A DNA stretch of 35,782 bases. It comes from an uncultured Erysipelotrichaceae bacterium (GTDB lineage: Bacteria; Bacillota_I; Bacilli_A; Erysipelotrichales; Erysipelotrichaceae). Position 1 is the stretch's first letter. Each line of letters opens with the position of its first letter. Under the pieces are notes generated by a model that did not search any database, was not told the DNA's origin, and saw nothing but the letters and a program-made list of their open reading frames with translations. The DNA lies in contig CAYUXU010000001.1 of assembly GCA_964449005.1 (NCBI GenBank), forward strand, positions 1 to 35,782, in the 5' to 3' direction. This document shows, piece by piece, positions 8,621-18,027 of this stretch. The position numbers were made by a program, and so were the translations under genes.

Positions 8621-8646
8621 AAAAAACCTCCAAATTTATCGGAGGC
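8621..8646 (-). terminator. Rho-independent terminator after the SIS-domain gene
   Basis: The minus strand reads GCCTCC-GATAAATTT-GGAGGT followed by TTTTTT. Confidence 0.7.
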
Positions 8647-8652
8647 TTTTCT

Positions 8653-9402
8653 TTAAAGGTTTCTAATCTTGTAAAAGTATTTGTCGACTAGGTCATCATT
8701 ATGCTTGGCGGCATCTTCATCCATAAAGGCAATATGTCCATTATAGTAAACATCTGGAGTATAACCATCTTTAACTAACAGTTCTACCATTTGCGTTAAA
8801 AGCATATTTTGGAGTAAGACCATTGGGATGGTACTACTAGACCCAACTTTCATTGGGAACCCTTCAATTTCAACGACAGCATCCCCAATTAAGGAACTGT
8901 TATCTAAAACAATATCCACAACATCTTTTAATTTAACATTATCGCGATGCTTTGTCGTTAAATAATCACTATATTCAACTGCTGTTATCGCAATTACCGG
9001 TATTCCTTTTTCTTTAGCACGGATTGCGGCATCGACCGGCGCAATATTATTCCCAGAATTAGAGAAGACAATTAAGACGTCATTTTCATTGATTCGATGA
9101 TAATCAATAATTTGTTTTCCAATATCATAAGTATTTTCTATCGTATAGCTTTTAGTAATTTCATGAGATCCAGAAATACTTGGCTCATATAAGGCACAAT
9201 AATTAGCGGGTGTCGCTGCTCTCCAGAAAGCATCTTCTGGGATTAAATGCGAATGGCCGGAGCCAAATCCATAAATAATACCACCTTTTTTAGTTTGATC
9301 AGCTAAAAGTCGGGCGGCTTTCATAATGTTTTCTAATTGGGTTTCTTCAATCTTCGCAATAATTTCTGATACCCCTTTTAAATATCGTAAAGCTGCATTC
9401 AT
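8653..9402 (-). CDS. SIS (sugar isomerase) domain protein, UPF0309-like
   Basis: GGIIYGFGSGHSHLIPEDAFWRA...VFSNSGNNIAPVDAAIRAKEKGIPVIAIT fits the SIS fold. I place the start at the ATG at 9402 (MNAALRYL...), which is preceded by AAAGGAGGAAGAGAA, rather than at the upstream 9450. Confidence 0.75.
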   Translation of the reverse strand: MNAALRYLKGVSEIIAKIEETQLENIMKAARLLADQTKKGGIIYGFGSGHSHLIPEDAFWRAATPANYCALYEPSISGSHEITKSYTIENTYDIGKQIIDYHRINENDVLIVFSNSGNNIAPVDAAIRAKEKGIPVIAITAVEYSDYLTTKHRDNVKLKDVVDIVLDNSSLIGDAVVEIEGFPMKVGSSSTIPMVLLQNMLLTQMVELLVKDGYTPDVYYNGHIAFMDEDAAKHNDDLVDKYFYKIRNL

Positions 9403-9421
9403 TTCTCTTCCTCCTTTAATT

Positions 9422-9450
9422 ATTTTATCATGGTTCGTGACTGGCTTCAA
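9422..9450 (-). promoter_or_regulatory. Promoter of the SIS-domain gene
   Basis: The minus strand reads TTGAAG-17 nt-TAAAAT with an extended TG (caTGaTAAAAT), about 20 nt upstream of the start codon. Confidence 0.6.
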
Positions 9451-9461
9451 TTAGACCTGCC

Positions 9462-9490
9462 TTGACAATAAGGAGGCAAAACTATAGTAT
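9462..9490 (+). promoter_or_regulatory. serS promoter
   Basis: TTGACA (9462-9467), 17-nt spacer, TAGTAT (9485-9490). It lies just upstream of the T-box leader. Confidence 0.6.
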
Positions 9491-9496
9491 AAAATT

Positions 9497-9702
9497 AACA
9501 CGATGACAAGTCTTAGTAGGTTGTATTCGTCTTTAGAGAAGTGATGGTTGGTGAAAATCACTGATAGAGCAACTGAATTCCAACTTGGAGTGGAAGCATG
9601 TCTTCCCGGGCGACCGTTATGCTGATGAGAAAATGTTTCACGTGAAACATTTTGAATTTGGGTGGCAACACGAGACATCGTCCCAAGCGATGTCTTTTTT
9701 TT
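9497..9702 (+). promoter_or_regulatory. T-box riboswitch leader, serine-specific (specifier UCC)
   Basis: GA/K-turn CGATGA (9501-9506), AGAGA bulge and distal-loop GGTGAAA. The specifier loop is GAAT-TCC-A, with TCC at 9579-9581. Stem III is a 24-nt perfect palindrome (9630-9653). The T-box sequence is AATTTGGGTGGCAACACGAG (9655-9674); its UGGC fits the G discriminator of tRNA-Ser. The terminator is AGACATCG-N7-CGATGTCT plus T7 (9673-9702). Confidence 0.9.
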
Positions 9703-9716
9703 ATAAAGGAGGTTAT

Positions 9717-11000
9717 ATGTTAGATATTAATTTAATTAGAACCCAACCAGAATTAGTCAAATCAAATATTGAGAAAAAATTTCAACACGAAAAACTACCT
9801 CTGGTTGATGAAGTCTTAGAACTTGATGAAAAATTTCGAGCTTTAAAAACTCGAGGTGATCAAATCCGGGCCTTAAGAAATCAAAGCAGTAAGAAAATCG
9901 GTGAATTAATGCGTAATAAAGACCAAGTGGGAGCTGATTTATTAAAAGCCGAAATGACTGCCCTTGGTGAAGAATTACTCGAATTGGAAAAAGAAGAAGC
10001 CCTCTTACAAACCAGAATTAATGAAATTATGTTAGTTTTACCAAATATTATTGATCCTAGTGTGCCAATTGGTAAAGATGATAGCGAAAATGTCGAAGTG
10101 GCTAAATATGGGACAATTCGTGATTTTGACTTTGAAATTCCTTATCATGTTGATATTTTAGAGAAACTGGGTGGGATTGATTTAGATAGTGCTCGTAAAG
10201 TAAGTGGAAATGGCTTTTATTATTTGTTAGGAGATGTAGCGCGACTCCATTCTGCAATATTAGCTTATGCTCGTGATTTTATGATAAATAAAGGTTTCAT
10301 TTATACGATTCCGCCATATATGATTCGTCAAGAAGTTGTCAGGGGTGTCATGAGTTTTACTGAAATGGAAAATATGATGTATAAAATTGAGGGCGAAGAT
10401 CTTTACTTAATCGGTACTAGTGAACACTCAATGATCGGTCGTTATATTGATACTATTTTAGAAGAAAAAACTTTGCCACAAACTTATACTAGTTATTCAG
10501 CTTGTTTTAGGAAAGAAGTTGGGGCTCACGGTATTGAGGAACGTGGTGTCTTTCGAGTTCACCAATTTGAAAAACAAGAAATGATAGTCGTTTGTCGTCC
10601 TGAAGATAGTGCTGCTTGGTTTGAAAAACTTTACCAATATGCTGTTGAATTTTTCTTAACTTTAGATATTCCAGTACGAGTTTTGGAATGTTGTTCTGGC
10701 GATCTCGCTGATTTAAAAGTAAAAAGCGTTGATGTTGAGGCTTATAGTCCCAGGCAAAACAAATACTTTGAAGTTGGAAGTTGTTCTAACTTAGGTGATG
10801 CTCAAGCGCGTCGTTTAAAAATTCGAGTCGATGGAGCGGACGGACGCTATTTTGCTCACACTTTAAATAATACTGTAGTCGCTCCGCCCCGGATGTTGAT
10901 TTCATTTTTAGAAAATAATTTAAATGCCGATGGTTCAGTTATGATTCCAAAAGCACTCCAACCATATATGGGTGGTCAAAAAATTATTGAAGTTGTTTAG
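9717..11000 (+). CDS. serS: Serine--tRNA ligase
   Basis: The true start is the ATG at 9717 (MLDINLIRTQPE...), preceded by AAAGGAGG. The upstream 44 codons of the tracked ORF are T-box leader. Class II motifs are present (FRKEVGAHG, FRVHQFEKQE, NNTVVAPPR). Confidence 0.95.
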   Translation: MLDINLIRTQPELVKSNIEKKFQHEKLPLVDEVLELDEKFRALKTRGDQIRALRNQSSKKIGELMRNKDQVGADLLKAEMTALGEELLELEKEEALLQTRINEIMLVLPNIIDPSVPIGKDDSENVEVAKYGTIRDFDFEIPYHVDILEKLGGIDLDSARKVSGNGFYYLLGDVARLHSAILAYARDFMINKGFIYTIPPYMIRQEVVRGVMSFTEMENMMYKIEGEDLYLIGTSEHSMIGRYIDTILEEKTLPQTYTSYSACFRKEVGAHGIEERGVFRVHQFEKQEMIVVCRPEDSAAWFEKLYQYAVEFFLTLDIPVRVLECCSGDLADLKVKSVDVEAYSPRQNKYFEVGSCSNLGDAQARRLKIRVDGADGRYFAHTLNNTVVAPPRMLISFLENNLNADGSVMIPKALQPYMGGQKIIEVV

Positions 11001-11009
11001 TTAAATAAT

Positions 11010-11037
11010 TTGAAATAAACGAAATATTAAGTATACT
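11010..11037 (+). promoter_or_regulatory. Promoter of the SRP RNA gene
   Basis: TTGAAA (11010-11015), 16-nt spacer, TATACT (11032-11037). The predicted start near 11043-11044 coincides with the 5' arm of the SRP RNA helix. Confidence 0.5.
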
Positions 11038-11042
11038 TAATA

Positions 11043-11122
11043 GTGGTACAACAAACATGTTATAATCAGGTCAGGACCGGAAGGAAGCAGCCTTACTTAA
11101 CCTCTGTTTGGGTGTACCTTTT
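11043..11122 (+). ncRNA. ffs: Small (4.5S-type) signal recognition particle RNA
   Basis: Near-invariant domain IV motif GGTCAGGACCGGAAGGAAGCAGCC at 11069-11092. The flanking arms pair: GGTACA (11045-11050) with TGTACC (11113-11118), and CAAACA with TGTTT..G. A T-run follows. It lies in the conserved neighbourhood of tadA/dnaX/recR. Confidence 0.85.
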
Positions 11123-11137
11123 ATTTTGGAGAGTTTA

Positions 11138-11599
11138 ATGGATAATTATTTTATGCAAGCCGCATTATTACAAGCTCAGCAAGCTTTAAAACTTGACGAA
11201 GTACCAATTGGCGCAGTTGTTGTGCAAGCTGGAAAAATCGTTGGAGAAGGTTTTAATTTGAAAATCACTAATAATGATGCTTTAGCCCACGCCGAAATGA
11301 TTGCCTTAAAAGCTGCTCAAGCGAGTTTAAAAACTTGGTGTTTAGAAGATTGTACCCTTTATGTCACCTTAGAACCTTGTGCGATGTGTGTTGGTGCTTT
11401 GGTCCATACGAGGATTAAACGTTTAGTATTTGCTGCAAGTGATCCCAAAAGTGGTGCTTGTGGTGGGGCTATCACCTTAGCTAATCAAACTTATTTAAAT
11501 CACAAATTTGAAATAACTTCCGGAGTATTGGCTGATGAAGCTAGTGCTCTCTTAAAAACATTTTTTAAAAATAAAAGAAAAATCAACCATGAAACTTAG
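11138..11599 (+). CDS. tadA: tRNA adenosine(34) deaminase
   Basis: CDA-fold zinc motifs HAEMIAL and TLEPCAMCVGAL. Start chosen at ATG 11138 (MDNYFMQAAL...) after GGAGAG. The tracked ORF begins 30 nt earlier, inside the SRP RNA 3' end. Confidence 0.9.
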   Translation: MDNYFMQAALLQAQQALKLDEVPIGAVVVQAGKIVGEGFNLKITNNDALAHAEMIALKAAQASLKTWCLEDCTLYVTLEPCAMCVGALVHTRIKRLVFAASDPKSGACGGAITLANQTYLNHKFEITSGVLADEASALLKTFFKNKRKINHET

Positions 11600-11633
11600 T
11601 TAGTTTTGTTATAATAATAAAAAGGAGTTGTCT

Positions 11634-13364
11634 ATGACTTATAAAGCCCTCTATCGAACTTATCGACCAGTTACTTTTGATGAAATTGTTGGTCAAGATC
11701 ATATCGTCCAAACTTTAAGCAATGCTTTAACTAATAATAAATTAGCCCATGCTTATTTATTTACCGGACCTCGCGGGACTGGAAAAACTAGTGTCGCGAA
11801 GCTTTTAGCTAAAGCGGTAAATTGTACTGACGAGAACGTTTTAATTTGTAATAAATGTCAAAACTGTCAAGCCGCTTTACTCAATACCCATCCTGATGTG
11901 GTAGAAATTGATGCCGCTAGTAATAATGGGGTCGATGAAATTAGAGATTTAATTGATAAAGTAAAATATTCTCCTTTAATGGGGAAATATAAAATATATA
12001 TCATTGATGAGGTTCATATGCTTTCAACTGGTGCTTTTAATGCACTTCTAAAGACATTAGAAGAACCACCAGCTCATATTATCTTTATTTTAGCAACTAC
12101 TGAACCACATAAAGTCTTAGCGACGATTATTTCACGTTGTCAACGTTATGATTTTGTTAAAGTCACCGAAGAACACATTGAAGGTGTTTTAAAGAAAGTT
12201 CTTGAATCTGAAAAAATCGCCTATGAAGGTGAAGCTTTACAATTAATCAGCGCCTTAGCCGAAGGTGGGATGCGTGATGCTTTAAGTATTTTAGATCAAA
12301 GTATTTCTTATAGCGAAGGAAAATTAACTGCTTTAGAAATTAGAGAAGTTTATGGAATAACTACTTACGAAGATAAGCTAAATTTTATTCAGCTAATTGT
12401 TAAACAAGATGTGCCATTATTATTAAAACTAATTAATGATTTTGATAGTAAAGGAGTTGATTTAAGAAGATTAACCTTAGATTTAGTTAAAATTCTTAAA
12501 GATCTCACAGTATATCTTCAAACTTCAGAGATAAGTTTGACTAGTTTAGTTGATAATGCATTTTTAAAGCAACTTCTACCACTTTTAAATCCCGAACAAA
12601 TTTTCCATTTTATTAATGTGTTAATGCAAACTTACCAAGAATATCGCTTCTCAGGCAATATTAAAACTCAGTTTGAACTCGCTATTTTAAGCTTAACCTT
12701 GTTTAATAGCCAAAAAGAAATCACTAACAGCGTAACTCAAGTGGCTGTTAAAGAAGATTTGGTTGTTAAAACGCCTGAAGTAATTATTGAAGACAAGGTC
12801 GTGCCCACTTTAAAAGTTACAGCTAAACCAGAAGTCATTAAAGAAGAAGTAGCTCCCACAACTAAAGCTGATCCAAATAAACTTATGCCACAAAGCTTCG
12901 ACCAAAATTACTATTTAAGTTTACTTGTTGGAGCACAGCGCCCTCTACGTGAAAAATTAGTTTTAAAATGGCCTACTTTAAAAGATTACACCTTAGATTT
13001 AAATTATAGTCGGATGGCCAAAGCCTTACTTAATAGTAAACTAATTGCCGCTGGTGAAAATTATTTAATTGTTACTTCTGAATTTGAGGCTTTAGCCGAA
13101 GAAATCAATATGTTGATTGCCCCAGAAGACTTAATTAATTTCACAACGACTGTTTTCAACCATCCTTATCGGGTTTTTGCTTTAAACTTGAAACAACATC
13201 AAGAGTTGATTACTGCTTTTAAAAAGCATCAAAGTGAAAACTCATTACCCCAAATGGTAACTGTTGAATTTGAAACCCCAAAAACGACTATCGAAACACC
13301 TACTACCACTGAAGAGAAAATAATTGATCTCTTTGGTAGTAATATGTTTGAAATAATTGAATAA
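11634..13364 (+). CDS. dnaX: DNA polymerase III subunit gamma/tau
   Basis: AHAYLFTGPRGTGKTS Walker A, IIDEVHMLS, SRCQRYDF and a Zn module CNKCQNCQ. Start taken as ATG 11634, 7 nt after AAAGGAG; the tracked TTG at 11628 is less likely. Confidence 0.93.
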   Translation: MTYKALYRTYRPVTFDEIVGQDHIVQTLSNALTNNKLAHAYLFTGPRGTGKTSVAKLLAKAVNCTDENVLICNKCQNCQAALLNTHPDVVEIDAASNNGVDEIRDLIDKVKYSPLMGKYKIYIIDEVHMLSTGAFNALLKTLEEPPAHIIFILATTEPHKVLATIISRCQRYDFVKVTEEHIEGVLKKVLESEKIAYEGEALQLISALAEGGMRDALSILDQSISYSEGKLTALEIREVYGITTYEDKLNFIQLIVKQDVPLLLKLINDFDSKGVDLRRLTLDLVKILKDLTVYLQTSEISLTSLVDNAFLKQLLPLLNPEQIFHFINVLMQTYQEYRFSGNIKTQFELAILSLTLFNSQKEITNSVTQVAVKEDLVVKTPEVIIEDKVVPTLKVTAKPEVIKEEVAPTTKADPNKLMPQSFDQNYYLSLLVGAQRPLREKLVLKWPTLKDYTLDLNYSRMAKALLNSKLIAAGENYLIVTSEFEALAEEINMLIAPEDLINFTTTVFNHPYRVFALNLKQHQELITAFKKHQSENSLPQMVTVEFETPKTTIETPTTTEEKIIDLFGSNMFEIIE

Positions 13365-13374
13365 AGGAGCTGAT

Positions 13375-13986
13375 ATGTCTTATCCAAAAGCATTTCTCGA
13401 TATCGTCAATAGTTTCCGTCAATTACCTGGGGTGGGACAAAAGACAGCGGAACGCTATGCGTTTGCTGTTTTAGAAATGGACGATGTCGCCGTTAAAGAA
13501 TTTAGTGAGAGTTTAACTAATAGTTACACAACTTTAAGAAACTGTCAGCTTTGTGGTTTTCTGACCGCAAATGATACTTGTGAATTTTGCCAAGATCAAA
13601 AGCGTGATCAAAGCACTATTTGTATTGTTAGTTATGATAAAGACGTTATTGCGATGGAAAACACGAAAGCTTACCAGGGCCTTTATCATGTTTTAAAGGG
13701 GGTTATTTCAACGAGTAAGGGAACTTTACCTGAAGATTTGAATTTTAATTCACTTTTAAAGCGCCTTGATAATATTAAAGAAGTCATTATCGCAACTAGT
13801 TTTACTTTAGAAGGAGAAACTACCGCTTTATATTTAAGCAAATTATTGGCTAGTTTCCCAAATATCACAATTTCTCGTTTAGCTCATGGTTTACCGGTGG
13901 GTTCACAACTTGATTATGCAGATGAATTAACTTTAATGAAAGCGATGCATGATCGAAAACAATTAAAAGATGAAAGTGAGAATTAA
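13375..13986 (+). CDS. recR: Recombination protein RecR
   Basis: LPGVGQKTAERYAF helix-hairpin-helix, a C4 zinc finger CQLCGFLTANDTCEFC and a Toprim region. ATG 13375 follows AAAGGAG. Confidence 0.93.
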   Translation: MSYPKAFLDIVNSFRQLPGVGQKTAERYAFAVLEMDDVAVKEFSESLTNSYTTLRNCQLCGFLTANDTCEFCQDQKRDQSTICIVSYDKDVIAMENTKAYQGLYHVLKGVISTSKGTLPEDLNFNSLLKRLDNIKEVIIATSFTLEGETTALYLSKLLASFPNITISRLAHGLPVGSQLDYADELTLMKAMHDRKQLKDESEN

Positions 13987-13989
13987 TTT

Positions 13990-15645
13990 ATGAAAACTGA
14001 TATTGAAATTGCTCAAGACTATCCGCCACTAGCGATTGATAAAATCGCTGATAAATTAAATTTACCAACTGCGGCTCTAATTAGATATGGAGAAAATAAA
14101 GCCAAAGTAAAACCTGATTTAGTAACTAGCGATAAAAATGGCAAAATTATCTTAGTCACTTCTATAAACCCAACACCTTTTGGTGAAGGAAAATCCACAA
14201 CCGTAATTGGTTTAGTAGATGGCCTGGCAAAACTCAATAAATCAGTCATGGGCGCCTTAAGAGAACCATCAATGGGTCCCGTTTTTGGAATCAAAGGTGG
14301 AGCGGCTGGCGGTGGCCACGCTCAAGTTAATCCGATGGAAGATATTAATCTCCATTTTACTGGTGATTTACACGCCATTACTAGTGCTCATAATTTAATT
14401 AGTGCAATCTTAGACAATCATTTATTTAATGGTAATGCCTTAAATATTGATGTAAATAATATTGCTTGGCCACGAGCGATGGATATGAATGATCGAGCTT
14501 TAAGAAAAATTAAAATCGCTTATAGTAAAGATGAGTCGCTGTATCGTGATAGTTCTTTTGTAATTACTGTTGCCAGTGAAATTATGGCAATTTTATGTTT
14601 AGCTACTTCCTTAAATGATTTCAAAAATCGCGTGGCTAAAGTTGTGGTAGCTTATGATATTAATCAAAAACCAGTGACGGTCGCTGATCTAAAAATTGTC
14701 GGTGCTATTGCGACAATTATGAAAGATGCACTTTATCCAAATTTAGTTCAAACTTTAGAACACAACCCGATTTTTATTCATGGTGGACCTTTTGCTAATA
14801 TTGCTCATGGTAATAATTCCATTATTGCGACTAAATTAGCCACTAGATTAGCCGATTATGTTGTAACTGAAGCTGGCTTTGGCGCTGATTTAGGAGCTGA
14901 GAAATTTTTCAATATTAAATGTCGCTTTGGAAAACTCAAGCCGAGTGCGGTTGTTATTGTTGTTACCTTAAAAGCTTTAAAACTCCATGGCGGAATTGCT
15001 AATAAAAATATTACCTTAACTAATCCGGAAGCAGTAGCGTTAGGTTTAGATAATTTAAGAAAACATATCGAAACAGTTACTAATTTTAATAGTCCTTTTG
15101 TAATAGCTTTAAATCGCTTTAATGATGATACCGAAGAAGAAATTGCGGTGGTAGCTGACTTTGCCAAAAAACATAATTACCCCTATGCTACTTGTAATGC
15201 TTGGGCAGAAGGTGGTGCTGGCGCTGTCGAACTAGCCGAAATGGTGGTTAAAGCAATTGATAAACCAGTTGAAATCAATCATACTTATGATTTAAAAGAC
15301 CCCATCGAGAAAAAGCTTAATTTAATTGCTACTAAGGTTTATGGAGCTCAAGGAATTGAATTTTCGGAAACTGCTTTAAAACAACTTGCTTTAATTAAAG
15401 AAAATAATTGGGATGATTTAGCGGTTTGTGTCGCTAAAACACCCCTTTCCTTAACTGATAACCCGAAAATTAAAGGACGACCTCGTGATTTTATGATTCA
15501 TGTTTCGGAATTAAGAGTTTCTGCCGGAGCTGGATTTGTGGTAGCTTTAACTGGAAGTGTCATGACAATGCCCGGATTACCAAAGATTCCAAGTGCTGAA
15601 AACATTGATATTAATGATCTCTATCAAATTAGTGGTTTGTTTTAA
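13990..15645 (+). CDS. fhs: Formate--tetrahydrofolate ligase
   Basis: 551 aa with INPTPFGEGKSTT and EPSMGPVFGIKGGAAGGG, hallmark FTHFS motifs. Confidence 0.95.
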   Translation: MKTDIEIAQDYPPLAIDKIADKLNLPTAALIRYGENKAKVKPDLVTSDKNGKIILVTSINPTPFGEGKSTTVIGLVDGLAKLNKSVMGALREPSMGPVFGIKGGAAGGGHAQVNPMEDINLHFTGDLHAITSAHNLISAILDNHLFNGNALNIDVNNIAWPRAMDMNDRALRKIKIAYSKDESLYRDSSFVITVASEIMAILCLATSLNDFKNRVAKVVVAYDINQKPVTVADLKIVGAIATIMKDALYPNLVQTLEHNPIFIHGGPFANIAHGNNSIIATKLATRLADYVVTEAGFGADLGAEKFFNIKCRFGKLKPSAVVIVVTLKALKLHGGIANKNITLTNPEAVALGLDNLRKHIETVTNFNSPFVIALNRFNDDTEEEIAVVADFAKKHNYPYATCNAWAEGGAGAVELAEMVVKAIDKPVEINHTYDLKDPIEKKLNLIATKVYGAQGIEFSETALKQLALIKENNWDDLAVCVAKTPLSLTDNPKIKGRPRDFMIHVSELRVSAGAGFVVALTGSVMTMPGLPKIPSAENIDINDLYQISGLF

Positions 15646-15660
15646 ACAAAGGATATGATT

Positions 15661-16440
15661 ATGAAAAAATTTAGTTTAATTAGAAAAGATGACTTGATTT
15701 CCAATAACTTTGAACGTCTTTTAAAATTAGAATTAGAAAAAAATGCTTTTATTTATGATGAAGAAAATCCCGAAATTGTCATCGCAATTGGTGGAGATGG
15801 CACTTTTTTAAGAGCGGTCGATCGTTATATTGACCAAGTTGAAAAAGTTGGTTTTTTAGCGATTCACACTGGTACTTTAGGCTTTTTCAGTGAATATTCA
15901 GTTGATGAATATGAATTATTAGTTGAAGATTTAATTAATAAAACCCCTACTACCTTCCAAAAGCGCTTATTAGAAATTGATGTTTATCGTGAAAAAGTCG
16001 AAAAATATTATGCAGTCAATGAAGCTCGAGTTGAAAATATTATTCATACCCAAATTATGCAAGTAGCGATTAATCAACAACACTTTGAAACTTTTCGGGG
16101 GACCGGACTTTGTGTTAGTACTCAATTGGGCTCAACAGCTTATAATCGTTCTTTAGGTGGAGCTGTTATTTCTAATGAATTAGAGTTATTACAACTTACC
16201 GAGATTACCGGAATCCATCATCGCCTCTTTCGTTCCTTACGGGTTTCTATGATTTTAGGAGATGATACCAAAATTTCTTTTGAAAGCTCTGATTTCGATC
16301 AAGCCTTTTTAGGTTGGGATACTCATACCATCGATTTAAAAGGAACTTCAAAAATTGAATGCTATTTAAGTACTCGTTGTATCAAATTTTTAAGATATCG
16401 ACCAAATAATTATTTAGCAAAATTAACCCATCTCTTTTAA
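15661..16440 (+). CDS. nadK: NAD kinase
   Basis: GGDGTFLRA motif and NE...STQLGSTAYNRSLGG. Of two in-frame ATGs (15655, 15661), the second has proper spacing to AAAGGA. Confidence 0.9.
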   Translation: MKKFSLIRKDDLISNNFERLLKLELEKNAFIYDEENPEIVIAIGGDGTFLRAVDRYIDQVEKVGFLAIHTGTLGFFSEYSVDEYELLVEDLINKTPTTFQKRLLEIDVYREKVEKYYAVNEARVENIIHTQIMQVAINQQHFETFRGTGLCVSTQLGSTAYNRSLGGAVISNELELLQLTEITGIHHRLFRSLRVSMILGDDTKISFESSDFDQAFLGWDTHTIDLKGTSKIECYLSTRCIKFLRYRPNNYLAKLTHLF

Positions 16441-16441
16441 G

Positions 16442-17608
16442 TTAACGACCTTCTTCGATATTACGACTACTCATTAAAAATACGATCGAAAAGGGAATCA
16501 TAAATGATAATAAGGATGAACCACCATAAGAAATTAATGGCAAAGTAATTCCGGTAATTGGTAATAACCCAATTACCATGCCCATGTTTTCAATTTGTTG
16601 AAATAATAAAATTCCTAAAAAACCTGCCACTAGGTATTTTTCTCTAAAACCTGAATATTTACCGGCAATTGAGGCAATTTTAAAGTTAAGTAATCCAGTG
16701 ATTAATAATACAAAACCGCCGCCGATTAATCCTAAGTTTTGAATTATTACCGTAAATATAAAATCATTTTGTGGTTCTGGGAAATACAAGACAACTTCTC
16801 TTAAGGGATGACCTAGCAACCCCGCTGAGCCGATTGTTAATAAGGATTGGTATAATTGATTACCAAAAGATAAGTAATAGCGTTCCGTTTCTAACCAACC
16901 ATAAAAACGGCTTAGTTTGTAAGGAGCTCCTAAAATCTTTCCTAAAAGAACCGGATTAGTTTCAAAAAGAAAAATTACTCCCCCTACTACAATTGCTAAA
17001 AATGTAATTCCAAAAATTATCCAGCCTCGTTTAATGCCTGAAATCATAATCATTAAAGCAATTCCTGCTAGAATAACTAATGGAATTCCAGTATCAGGTT
17101 GTAAAATCATTAACACCAATGGAGCTGCGATATATTTAATTACTTTATAAAATAAAAGAATATCTAACTTGTAGGAATGTTCTTTTTTTACTTTATTATG
17201 CTCATCAATTATTTCAGAAGTTCCAATTAATAATACCCATTTCATAAATTCACTTGGTTGAAATGACCCAATCTTTGGGAAAACATACCAAGAACGAGAA
17301 CCTTTAATTGGACTAATAAAAGGTAAATCAATAAAACGATCTAGAATAAGTAGGGCTAGTGCACCCAATAAAAACCAATAAGCAATCTTATTCAATTCAT
17401 AAATTTTAACTCTTCCAAGTCTGATTAAGACTAATAAAAAGACCACACTAATTATTACCCATTGACCTTGTTTTAATAAAAGTCCTGAAATATTGCTGAT
17501 GGGAGCAGCTAAATATATCGAAAGCAGACTAGTTGCTGTGAATATTACCAACATAATCACAAGCACAAAGTCAACTTGGAATTTCCTTTTGGTAGGTTTT
17601 AAGTTCAT
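16442..17608 (-). CDS. FtsW/RodA/SpoVE-family peptidoglycan polymerase (SEDS protein)
   Basis: 388 aa, about 10 TM segments. QPSEFMK, the PDTG loop, PEPQNDFIF and LPLISYGGSS are SEDS family motifs. I cannot tell FtsW from RodA. Confidence 0.85.
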   Translation of the reverse strand: MNLKPTKRKFQVDFVLVIMLVIFTATSLLSIYLAAPISNISGLLLKQGQWVIISVVFLLVLIRLGRVKIYELNKIAYWFLLGALALLILDRFIDLPFISPIKGSRSWYVFPKIGSFQPSEFMKWVLLIGTSEIIDEHNKVKKEHSYKLDILLFYKVIKYIAAPLVLMILQPDTGIPLVILAGIALMIMISGIKRGWIIFGITFLAIVVGGVIFLFETNPVLLGKILGAPYKLSRFYGWLETERYYLSFGNQLYQSLLTIGSAGLLGHPLREVVLYFPEPQNDFIFTVIIQNLGLIGGGFVLLITGLLNFKIASIAGKYSGFREKYLVAGFLGILLFQQIENMGMVIGLLPITGITLPLISYGGSSLLSFMIPFSIVFLMSSRNIEEGR

Positions 17609-18027
17609 AACTTTTTCTCCATCATGATATGCTTGATATTGGCATCTAAAAATATTTCGCCGTATGGCTGATAGCCATTTTTTATATATAAACTTTTGGC
17701 TTCGATTTGGGCAGCTAATTTAATTGTTTGAATTCCTATGTTTTTCACAAATTCTTCAGCTGTTTTCAATAATAAAGAAGCTCCACCTTGATGACGAGCA
17801 TCCTTTAAAACTGCTAGCCTTCCTAATTTATAATAGTCGCCACTATCAATCAAACGACAACAACCGATGGCTTGATCAGCTTGATATAAAAGAAAATGAT
17901 GGCAGCTAAAATCGTATTTGTCTAGTTCTTCTTCTAAAGATACTTTCTGTTCCTCGACAAATACTTTATGACGGATATAACATATTTCAAAATAATGTTT
18001 TTGTAAATGAGCTAAAATCACATGCAT
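17605..18027 (-). CDS. GNAT-family N-acetyltransferase
   Basis: 140 aa with acetyl-CoA-binding pattern LAVLKDARHQGGASLLL...YIKNGY. Its TGA overlaps the SEDS gene ATG (ATGA at 17608-17605). Confidence 0.8.
   Translation of the reverse strand: MHVILAHLQKHYFEICYIRHKVFVEEQKVSLEEELDKYDFSCHHFLLYQADQAIGCCRLIDSGDYYKLGRLAVLKDARHQGGASLLLKTAEEFVKNIGIQTIKLAAQIEAKSLYIKNGYQPYGEIFLDANIKHIMMEKKL

Noticed and set aside
8564-9402. Possible functional link between the SIS/UPF0309 gene and the MurT/GatD-like pair (sugar-phosphate or peptidoglycan recycling module)
   Set aside because: A good terminator (8621-8646) and a separate extended -10 plus SD for the murT-like gene separate them. Adjacency alone does not support an operon or a joint system.
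9451-9678. 75-aa minus-strand ORF in the track
   Set aside because: It lies entirely antisense to the serS promoter and T-box leader and has no SD. Its Arg/Ser/His-rich sequence looks like translated structured RNA. It is better explained as non-coding.
9585-9716. N-terminal 44-codon extension of the serS ORF (MEWKHVFPGDRY...)
   Set aside because: This stretch is the T-box specifier-to-terminator region, including the terminator T-run. The conserved SerRS N-terminus (MLDINLIR...) begins at ATG 9717, directly after AAAGGAGG.
13195-13235. Possible dnaX programmed -1 frameshift site (TTT AAA AAG)
   Set aside because: It is not a full A AAA AAG heptamer in the right frame. It lies near the extreme C-terminus (about residue 525), where a frameshift could not generate a gamma-like product. 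No downstream stem-loop was noted.
11001-13986. Rearranged tadA / SRP RNA / dnaX / recR cluster (SRP RNA upstream of tadA; no ybaB/ebfC gene between dnaX and recR)
   Set aside because: This is a variation on a well-known conserved neighbourhood. The missing small gene may simply be elsewhere in the genome. It is not evidence of anything novel.
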